A stretch of 64,000 nt of DNA from Hormiphora californensis. Lineage: Eukaryota; Animalia; Ctenophora. The position numbers and the translations under genes are program-made. Of this stretch, positions 53,879-64,000 are shown one piece after another. The stretch spans positions 4,464,001 through 4,528,000 of the forward strand of contig CM035354.1 in assembly GCA_020137815.1 (NCBI GenBank), given 5' to 3'. The notes beneath the pieces are model-generated. The model made no database searches and was not told the origin of the DNA. It saw only the letters and a program-made list of their open reading frames with translations. Position 1 is the first letter of the stretch, and the number at the start of each line of letters is the position of its first letter.

Positions 53879-53910
<32 letters not shown>

Positions 53911-53952
53911 CTTGCCAGGCATGCTCCTTAGAAGTACACACGCAGTGAGAGA

Positions 53953-54008
<56 letters not shown>

Positions 54009-54191
54009 GGATGTTCTAGAAGGAATACAATTAGGTATCCAAATTGTGTGTCATGCATTACATTACAGCGTAGTAGCTCATTCGCTTAGGACGTGCCGCG
54101 GAGGATGGTGAATTGTATTTTCTCTTCATCTCTTGTATTCCTCTCCCTGACTTTCCTCTGAGTTAGTATCCTTCTCTCTACCCCTCACATG

Positions 54192-54275
<84 letters not shown>

Positions 54276-54567
54276 TCTCATATACATTCTCTCTGCTGCT
54301 TCTTTAACTGCACTGACTGCTTTCATTATTCTAGAGAGACCTGTATATCCTTCCTTTCCTTCTCGCTCCTTCCATTGCCGGCTGTAACTGCCTCATTGCT
54401 TAGATATTAGTTCCTTTCATTTTGTGTAGCTTGCAGTAGCTGTTGTCCTTCCTCGTAGCCTTCTCCTTGCAATATTAAGCTATGCATTATATGTACTCAT
54501 ATAATAAATAATAATGTAGTAATGTAATTCAATATCCCCCGTTCTAATGCCCCACTTCCTCCCTAGC

Positions 54568-57086
54568 ATGGCTAGTTCGGGTGTAGCCATCCTGACCTCT
54601 GGTGGGGATGCCCCTGGAATGAATGCTGCAGTCCGGGCAGTTATCCGGTACCTGGCCCACGAGAGGGTCCCTGTGTTTGCTATCCAGGAGGGTTACTCAG
54701 GGTTATGCTCTGATAACATTGTTCCCATGGAGTGGTTTGATGTTATGGGCATCCTCAGTCGGGGTGGCACTAAGATCGGGACGGCCCGGTGTGCAGAGTT
54801 CAAGGAGAGAGCCGGGAGGAAGGATGCCGCGAGGAATCTTATCAGGAGAAGGATTAATAGTCTCATTGTGATTGGTGGGGATGGCAGCCTGACTGGAGCG
54901 AGTATTTTCCGGACAGAGTGGGCGGAGTTTGTGAAGGAGCTTCAGGAGGAGGGGAAGGTGGGTGATGAAGATGTCAAGTACTGCTCCCATTTGAATATTA
55001 TTGGAATGGTTGGGTCAATTGATAACGATCTGTGTGGTACTGACATGACTATTGGAACTGACTCCGCTCTGCATCGCATCGTTGATGCTATCGATTGTCT
55101 GGCCAGTACTGCAGCATCCCACATGAGGACCTTTATCATTGAGGTTATGGGTCGGCATTGTGGTTACCTGGCCCTCATCTCCGCCCTGGCTGCCCCCTGT
55201 GACTGGGTATTTGTACCGGAGTGTCCCCCAGTACCCGGCTGGGAGGGAGATCTGGTGAATCAGATGCAGGGAAGCAACACCAAGAGGTTCAAACTGGTCA
55301 TCATAGCAGAGGGGGCTGTGGATAGGGAGGGTAATGCCATTAAAGCTGATTACGTCAAGAAAGTGTTGAGTGATGCGGGTGAGGATGTTAGGGTGACGGT
55401 CCTGGGTCATGTCCAGAGAGGAGGTCAGCCCACCGCGTTCGATAGGATCCTGGGATCCAGACTGGGATGTGAGGCTGCAAAACACGCTGTAGAGGGTCTC
55501 ACTAAGAGATATCACCGTGTATTGTGAGTCTAAAGAATAATGAGATTATTAAGCTGCCCCTGATGGAGGCTATAGAGAAGACCCTTAGTGTGAAGGAGCT
55601 ATTCAGGTCCAAACAGTGGGACAAGGCTCAGGAGTTGAGAGGATCTAGGTTTAGTAAGAAGATAGCGATATGTAGGATGATGGCGGTGTCAGAGATTAAA
55701 CCTCACGAGACTCATAGAACGGTGGGTGTGTTGTGTATTGGGGCACCCGCTCCTGGAATGAATAGTGGAATCAGGGCACTGGTGAAGATAGCCGCCTTCC
55801 ATGGTGATACCGTTAAAGTGTTTTATGAAGGAGTACACGGCCTGATCTCTGGGAATTGTAAAGTCGTCACTCCAGCGGAGTGTGAGGTGTGGGGTATGAT
55901 CGGTGGCTGTGCTATTGGGGCATCAAGGAAAACTATCACGGATGAGAACATTGGATTTGTGATGGAACAGCTCAAAACCCTGGATGCCTTGGTAATTTTG
56001 GGTGGGTTTGAGGCCATCTTCTCCTCCCTTACCCTGGCTAAAGTTGCTCCTCTGCCCATCTACATTATCCCGGCTACCATTAGCAATAACGTCCCGGGTT
56101 CCGATTTCTCTCTTGGTTGTGATACCGGACTAAACTCGATTGTACGAGCTGTTGATAGCATCAAGCAGAGTGCCGCCTCCACTCGGAAACGGGTGTTTAT
56201 ATTGGAGCTGATGGGCGGGAATTGTGGGTATCTGACTGTCATGAGTGGAATAGCGTGTGGGGCTGATGCCGTGTACATTCCTGAGAACCAGGTGAAGATC
56301 GACGAGCTCCAGGCTGATGCTTCAAAGGTCATTGATAAAATGGAACGAGGTAAGAATGGGAGACAGAGGGAGAAAGAGAATGAAAGAGAGAGAGAGAAAG
56401 AGAAAGGGAGAGAGCGAGAGGGAGACAGAGAGAGAAATAAGAGAGAGAACTGAGAGAGAAAATACTTTTGATTTTGCTCTAATACACCAGGTGTTCACCA
56501 CCCCCCTAATCTTCCCTCCCAGGTGTTCACAGAGGTATTATAATGCGTAACGAGTACAGTTCCCCAAACTACAAGAACGACTTTGTGGCTGCCCTCTATG
56601 CCGAGGAAGGGGCTGGGAAGTATGTGGTCCGGGACAATATTCTGGGTCACATCCAGCAAGGCTACTCTCCATCTCCTTTTGATAGGTGTATGGCAGCACA
56701 GTTCGCTAGCAAGGTATAATTCCACATCGCTGTAATTACTGCAGTGTTCTGATTTGTGTCGATTGTGCCATGATTCACCACTGGCCCGGGAGTTGTTATA
56801 TGAGATCTAGACCCCTCTAACCCATCTCCCTCACTAGGTGTACCGGAATCTAGAGAAGAGACTAGTACAGGAGAGCTTCACGTCAGAGGACGTGGTAGTA
56901 GTTGGTGTAATCGGCTCTAACACCCTCTTTACCCCCGTTACCAAACTGGAAATGAACAAAGAACTGCGTGTCCCAACCAAGTCAAGTCTGAGATGGCTAG
57001 AGTTGAAACCTCTAATTCCCATATTGTCCCTACCACCCCCTATTGTTAAACCCATAGTGGGCCAGGGAGAGAAAATTGAAGATTAG
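54568..57086 (+). CDS. PFK: ATP-dependent 6-phosphofructokinase, eukaryotic two-domain type (one apparent -1 indel)
   Basis: N-half: LTSGGDAPGMNAAVRAV, IGGDGSLTGA, GSIDND, EVMGRHCG, LGHVQRGG. C-half: GAPAPGMN, PATISNNVPG, ELMGGNCG, LGHIQQG. Exons are 54568-56349, 56523-56713 and 56838-57086. Adding one A at ACT AA(A) GAG (about 55505) fuses ORFs 54547..55527 and 55524..56453. Confidence 0.95.
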
Positions 57087-58194
57087 GAAAATTAACATTT
57101 TATTTGCATGCTTAATTAGTTAATTACATAATTTAAAATGTTTTTAAAGTCAAAGATATGTTTGTGATGTCACTTTTTACACTTTCCCATTATAAATTAT
57201 TACAACTTTTGAAGAGAAAACTGTTTAATTTGTGTGTCACATATATTATGTCGTTACCAAGAGTTAGTTTGTCGATTCGTTTGTGTTTCCCCCTCAATAT
57301 ATTTCGCCCTCTTTTTATTTCGTTACTACACACACAAACACAGTTCCTCCTCACATGCATAACTAACTGTCAACACTTTATGACTGACAACATTACTGCT
57401 AAATATCCCAAAATTATCCCCCTCTCTCTCGATAACTCTTTTCCCTGCTAAATTATCCAACCCAATTCCACACTATTAAACTCATCCCTCCCTCAGGACG
57501 TCCTACTAAACTTGGTGACCCCAATATACTGCGGAGAGGCGGAGGGTGTGGGTGTAGAGGAGAAGGAAGAGGAGGAGGGGGACGAGGAGGAGGCTGAGTC
57601 GTGGCCGGGTACCAGCAAGGCTGAATTTCTACCATAGAGAGAAAGAGAGAGAGTTGTCAAGTTAGTGTGTGTGAGAAAGCCGGTGTTCAGAAATGTGATG
57701 AGAGAAGTGTGTGTGTGAAAGAGAAAGGAAGAGTGAGAAGGGAAGAATGTGAGAAAGGGACAGAAAGTACGTTGTATATATTATATTGAGAACGAATGTA
57801 GTATTCGCTCTTGGGTTAGTTAATAACTTATTTATTGAATTGTTTCACCAGTCTGTTGCATATAATTCTGGAGTTTTTCTTCCCCCATTCCCCCTCCCCT
57901 CTCTCCCTCGCGCTCGTTACCTTGTTCGGATTAGAACATAACAAGTCCCTCGCCTATGATACCATTCTAGAGTTATATCAATTCTCTTTCGTTTAAGAGA
58001 TTGTAGAAGCTGTTTGAGCTGCTGTATCTTGACATGCTCTGACTGATTCTCTCTTTCTCAAGAAACAAAGTACCACGAGCAGTTGAAGCAGTGTCACACT
58101 GCACATCTGTCCAGAACAGCCCCATTCTGCACAATAACTCTGTTGCGCGCGCAGCTCTCCGTAAAAAGAAAGCATTCAATGTCATCAGTGTAAT

Positions 58195-58232
58195 GGTCAC
58201 GTGGTGTGCGCCTCGTCCTCTGATTGGCCAAT
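58195..58232 (+). promoter_or_regulatory. Candidate proximal promoter elements (E-box and paired CCAAT boxes) upstream of DHX37
   Basis: GGTCACGTGG followed by GATTGGCCAATC, about 100-140 bp upstream of the ATG. Motif match only. Confidence 0.3.
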
Positions 58233-58333
58233 CCGCTAACTCTAAATCTTCCCATATATCTAGCTCTCTTCATGGTACACTGACACACAGAGAGAGGAAC
58301 AACAAAGTCTGAAGAACTCGACTTGCACAGACG

Positions 58334-61300
58334 ATGCTAGCTATACACAATCGAAAGAGGAAGCGTCTTCAGAACAAACAGAGTAAAGAAGATGCGGGGG
58401 AGGACACTAATTTCGATATCATTATCCCCAAACCCAAACAGCCTAAGGTGAAGAAAGTACCCGCTAGTGTCAAGAACGCTTCTAAAAAGGAGAGAAAACG
58501 GCAGGAGAAGTTAAAGGAGAAAAAGCAACAAAAGGAAGAAAGGGAGAAGATCTTGGCGTCTCTTGAGGCGCATGCAGTACCTTCAGACCAACTTGGCATG
58601 CTACACAGCACGTGCGGTAGGAAACCTACCATGTCCCTAGTCCAGGAACACGCCAAACACAAAGCTATCATTGTCAGTCACAAGAAGAAGCAGAAGAAGA
58701 ATACAAGGGTAGAGAAGATACTAAACCCTACTGTTTCGGAACCTGTCCAAGAGGAAGAAGAGGAGGGTAGCAGTAGTTCAGAGAGTAGTGGAGAAGAGGA
58801 ACAAGTAGAGGAAGAGATGGAGAAAGAAGAAGTTGCCCCTATTCCTACTGCAGCTGAGGTGACGGAGATTAAACAGGACAAGGTGAAGAGGTTGCGAAAG
58901 ACCTCATTTTCAGCAGCTGTTCCTAGAAAACCATCAGATTTTGTTAGTGTAGAGAGAGATCCAGAAATTCAGGCAACACGTCTACAGCTACCTATTCTGG
59001 GAGAAGAACAGGTTAGTTGTCCTGATAGTGGTAATACCTCTCCTACAATTTACTGTTTCATTTTGTCTTCCCTACATTGTAAAAGAAACAGCACGTTTCA
59101 TTCCCTTCTCCCCTTCTTTGTAGGTGATAGTGGAGAAGATCATAGAGAATGATGTGGTGGTGATAGTGGGTGCTACTGGGTCAGGGAAGACCACCCAGGT
59201 GCCCCAGTTTCTGTACGAGGCAGGGTATGGAACTGCAGCTGATAAACCCGGCATCATCGGTAGGTTTCAGAAAGTTTCACTTCACCCCGTTTAGTGGGGT
59301 AATGTGAGGCTGCCCGATCGGAGACCGTTATTTTGGTATGCTCTCATCTGCATCCTTCGTGAGATATGGGTATTGTCATGTCAGCAAAAAGAGAGATATT
59401 CTTGTTGTGAAACAGTTGCACACGTAACAGACAATAAACAATTAACACCAATTATTTTCCAGGGGTAACCGAACCAAGAAGAGTCGCTGCGGTAACGACT
59501 TGTGCACGGGTAAAACGAGAACTTAACATTGACAATGTGGACTACCAAATAAGGTAATAGATCATGATACCAAATTAGGTATTATACAGCATTAATCAGA
59601 TTTCAGTTAAACTAAAACAAAACTGTGTAGAGCTTTGAACTGTTAGGACTATCTTCGAGCTTCTCGCAAATGGGACGGATGGTTCAAATAGTAGAGCTAC
59701 ACCTAAAATGCTTTGGGCAATGCTTTCAACTACATTTTTAATCCGTTTTGGGTTTATAGAACCCTGACACAACTCTTATAATCTTCATCACGGCCACCTT
59801 CACACCAATGACAATGAGTATTATTGTTGCTATGGTTACCAGTACCACATCAATGTTATACATTTCGTTTACCCCCTGGTTTTGTATGACCTCATTTCTC
59901 AAATACCCCAACTCCCCATATTCTACCAGGTGGTCAAGCAGGAAAAGGAATTCACGTAATTCCACCAGTACCTCTCACAATCTCTAACTGCTCGCCTCTC
60001 ATTTGCAGAGAATTCATCTCTCCTAGCTAACATTTCCCTAATCACACCTCTCATCATTTCTCCATTTTCCATGTCTTCCTTTTTAGCGATTAGCCCAAAG
60101 CCTCGCATTTTCATCGTTGCCGCGTTGGTTAGCTGGTCCCACGCAATGGGAATACACAGTAGCGGGACACCTGCTCCTATGGACTCCAATTTACTGTTTT
60201 GTCCGCAATGGGAAATGAAAAATGCAATCCTCCCGCTTTCCAGTATTTGTGTCTGGGGTAGCCAGTGACTGAAGAGAATCTTCCCATCGCTAGATGTCCT
60301 TGTATCATTGAGAGGTGATTTAGCTATGATGCACATCCCCATAGCAACTAGCTCCCTTAGCAATGCTCCCTCCCCTGGTAGGGCTGGAAACACACTGCCT
60401 AGAGAGAACAGGACCGTCCGTTCACAGTTGTCTAGAAAGGCAGTAAACTGATTGTTCAGCGGGTTTGTTTGATCTTCATCATTCAGGAACGCATCCGCTA
60501 TATAGACAGTAGTTAGAGGAGTTAGATAGGGAAATGAGAATGCAGGGTGTCCCATGATTATGTTCAGAGATGCTTTCTTAGCAGGTGGGGCACTGTCTGG
60601 TAGTGTCGGTAGGTGAGGGCGTGAGAACAGGATTGATTTTCCGAACTGAACTAATTGGCACAGTGCCCAAACTCTGTCTAGGAAGGTGCTGGTTGGACCG
60701 TCCAGCATGGGATGGAAAATGGACGGTTCTGAGGATATGAGACTGGGATATACACCATTCAATCCCATAATCGATCTGAAAATAATTTAATGGTTAAACA
60801 TATTCGTTGCTATGGTAATTATACAGCTTTGTTACCATGTAGTTTGTAATAACGTACCCTGTAACTATTGGCAAATAATTCACCACCGGTTGCGACCAGT
60901 TAAACATCCTCGCTGCGTGAGTTACAGCCACTGCACTGGTTATCTCCATAACAACGACATCAAACTCTCCCTCCCTGACTATCTGATCCATTTGAGGGTC
61001 ACAGAACACCCCGGCCACTTTGCTACTCTTCACATTGTGGGACAGACGGGCCTCCTCAAACCCATAGAATGGAAAGGCTCCACTGTACTTGGTTGGTAGG
61101 TTAGCAATTATCCTGTTTGTGGGGTCAACTACAGCCTTGAATTCCTGCTCATTCTGGAACCCCAGTGGGGAGACAATGACCCTAACTAAGGGGTCATCAT
61201 CTTGTAACCGGGCGTCCCCTGCTGCAGTTACCATGGTAACGTTGTGCCCTCTGGATGCGAGGAGGGAGGCCAGATGGTAGGAGGAGAAGAGGTGGCTACC

Positions 61301-64000
61301 AGGAAGTCCGATAGTAAAGAGGATGTTGTGAGAGTACACCACTGATATTAGTCCAGATAAAACAAGTAGAAGGGGTCCCATAATCCTGGGGGTTGTGTGA
61401 CGTGGGGTCAGTAACTAAAATTAAACAGAGATTGCTACCGCGGAACAAACATTTTAATGCAGAAATGAAATAATAGCTACTGATGCTAAGCAGTGAGCTT
61501 ATAATAAACTGGGAAGCGAAGAATAATCTGTCTCGCGGCACCAGACAGAGAATGATAAATTAGTTGCAAGAAAATAAGCAAGAATATTCAAGCAATCACA
61601 ATCCCCTCTCTTAATCTCCCCTCATTTCTCTCCCCCCTTATTCGCTTTCCATCTCCCTCTCAATCTCACAATCCCCCTCCCTCTCTAAACGATTCTCAAC
61701 CACACTCTATAGGATCACTTTCCCAGTTAAATACATACTATACTCCCCATCATCCCTTGTAAAGTCTTGCTCCACCTGCACTACCTGCGTTATTACACTA
61801 TCAATATTTCAAGGGAGATTAGAAGGATAAACTGAAAGTAACACAATCAAGTTTCTGGTTTGTTAAACTGAGAGAATCGGGACGGGTAAAAATAGACAAA
61901 GATACATGATTGTCAAATGGTTGTGGGGGAGGTAGGGAGCTAAAGGAGAGAGCGAGAGGGAGAGAGGGAGAGAAAATGTTGATCTGATCTAATTTGATTT
62001 GATTTGAAATAAATAAATATATGTGGGACCGGTGGGACACAAATATGGATGTACATACAGCTATAGAAAACGCAGCATCGATATAAACGCCAACACAGGA
62101 TATTATTGAAATGTAGTGTAACGAGTGTGGAGAAAATAAGAAGAATCTCAAATGTGTGCTAAACAAGCAAGGGGGCAGGGGAGAGCACAGGAACATTCAA
62201 CCAGAGGACGAATAATGAATATAGGGGCCATAAAGGAAGTGGAAGTGAAAGAGAGAAAGAGAGAGAAAGACCCATTTCGTTTTTTCTACAGTTATCTGAG
62301 CTACCAAAGTACAGTGATTCAATTTGGATATGGGTCGTCCCTACACTTGATACCAAACCAAACCAAACCAAACCAAACCAAACCAAACCAAACCAAACCA
62401 AACCAAACCAAACCAAACCAAACCAAACCAAACACTTGATGAGGCCGGAGGGGTAACCTTAGAGAGTCAAAAGTGTTAGGCGAACATTGTCACCACGAGA
62501 GAAAAATAGATGATACCAAAAATTATCATTGATATTCTGATTTTGGCAAGTGGTAAATGGTCATGGTAATTTTTAGCGTTCTCTGCAGATACTAACCCTC
62601 CACTTCCTAGATACGAGGGGACGGTTACCCCTGATACACTAACCCTCCACTTCCTAGATACGAGGGGACGGTTACCCCGGATACGAGGATCAAGTTTATG
62701 ACAGACGGTGTTCTCCTCCGGGAACTACAGACAGATTTCCTACTGTCAAAGTACTGTGTGCTGATTATCGACGAGGCACACGAGAGAAGTGTCAATACTG
62801 ACATACTTATTGGTAGGTGACTGGACCATTGGACCCGTGAATTATGGGTGAAGTTCAATCAATAGTTAGCAGTAAATTTAATGACATTGTCTCCCCCTTA
62901 TTTCACCAGAAAATTACCCACCCCACCTCCCAGGTATGCTGTCCAGAGTGGTACCCCTGAGACGAACCCGGGGCACTCCTCTCAAACTTATCATCATGTC
63001 TGCAACCCTGCGAGTCAGTGATTTCACGGCCAATACCACCCTGTTCCCGGTACCACCACCTGTTGTGGACGTGGGTGCTAGGCAACACCCTGTCACAATA
63101 CACCACGCTAAAGCCACCAAGACGGATTATGTGCGAGAGGCTTATGCTAAGGTGTGTAAGTTACACCGGAGTCTGCCCCCTGGGGATGTCCTAGTGTTCC
63201 TAACGGGTGTCCAGGAGATCAATAGAATGATGCACCTCCTCCGCAAGACGTTCCCTGAAACGCTTGCGGAGGGAGGAGGGGAGAAGAAGAAGGCTAATGG
63301 TGAGAAGGAGGGAGAAGAAGAGGGGTTAGTGAAGGTCGATTTAAGTAGTTATGATCCATATGAAAATAAAGATGACACGGTTACTGAACCGATAACGTCT
63401 GTACCAACTATTACTCCTGCTGAAGTTGAGGAGTTAGAGGAAGATTCAGATGATGAAGAGATTCAACCGAGTGCCCATGACAAATCCCTCCCCCTTCTCG
63501 TCCTACCTCTCTACTCCGCCCTTCCACCTGACCAGCAGGAGCGGGTATTCAAATCCCATTCAGAGGACAGGAGATTGGTTGTCATAGCAACCAATGTCGC
63601 AGAGACCTCTCTCACAATCCCGGGTATTAGTTACGTGGTAGACAGTGGGAGAGTGAAAACTAAAGAGTATTGTTCGGTAACCGGCATGAGTAGGTTTACT
63701 GTCGTCTGGGTATCTCACGCCAGTGCAGCCCAGAGGGCAGGTCGAGCTGGTCGAACTGGACCGGGGCACTGCTACCGGCTGTATTCTTCTGCAGTTATGG
63801 GCAATGTGATGGAGGAGCATACGGAACCAGAGATTTGTAAGAAACCTATTGATGGGTTGGTGTTACAAATGAAGAATCTAAATATTCATCGGATATTAAA
63901 CTTCCCCTTCCCAACCCCTCCCTCCCTCCATCTGATCAAATCTGCAGAACGGGAGTTACTCTTCCTGAAACTTCTCGAGGCGGCCAAGACGATAACCGGA
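58334..64000 (+). CDS. DHX37: DEAH-box RNA helicase DHX37/Dhr1 (3' end beyond the window)
   Basis: Exons 58334-59011, 59124-59259, 59463-59553, 62658-62812 and 62934 to the end. [19 protein letters not shown] (DHX37-typical), [64 protein letters not shown]. Confidence 0.93.
59738..61381 (-). CDS. UDP-glucuronosyl/glycosyltransferase (UGT family), nested antisense in a DHX37 intron
   Basis: Signal peptide and GSH motif (60794..61381), intron 60857-60776, UGT signature [10 protein letters not shown]...[29 protein letters not shown], a C-terminal TM helix and KPKTD (KxKxx ER-retrieval signal). An indel near 59965-59990 splits the C-terminus. Confidence 0.92.
62352..62431 (+). repeat. (ACCAA)16 microsatellite flanked by 9-bp direct repeats
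   Basis: 16 perfect units, with ACACTTGAT at 62343-62351 and 62432-62440. Confidence 0.95.

Overview
Eukaryotic, intron-rich genomic DNA, most likely from a cydippid ctenophore (Pleurobrachia/Hormiphora-like). The taxon is inferred from a 41-nt match, recalled from the literature, to the ctenophore spliced leader at 4972-5012. Host genes: an unidentified + strand multi-exon gene (about 4.07-11.06 kb), an NCLX/CCX cation exchanger (-), a 29-kb plexin (-) with a nested antisense 7TM receptor gene, an ERK3/4-like atypical MAP kinase (+), 6-phosphofructokinase (+) and DHX37 (+, runs off the window) with a nested antisense UDP-glycosyltransferase. Mobile DNA: one intact full-length L2/CR1-group LINE plus a truncated inverted copy, a decayed RNase H-bearing non-LTR element with a highly structured 3' region, a CR1-like fragment, several palindromic MITEs and many (AG)n microsatellites. 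The main finding is that the full-length LINE begins exactly with a reverse-transcribed spliced leader and lies in sense orientation in a putative host intron. This suggests a retrotransposon whose 5' end is made by host SL trans-splicing. Its ORF2 also lacks an AUG ahead of the endonuclease and overlaps ORF1 in the -1 frame across an A_AAA_AAC slippery site. Several host genes show single-base homopolymer frameshifts that look like assembly errors.
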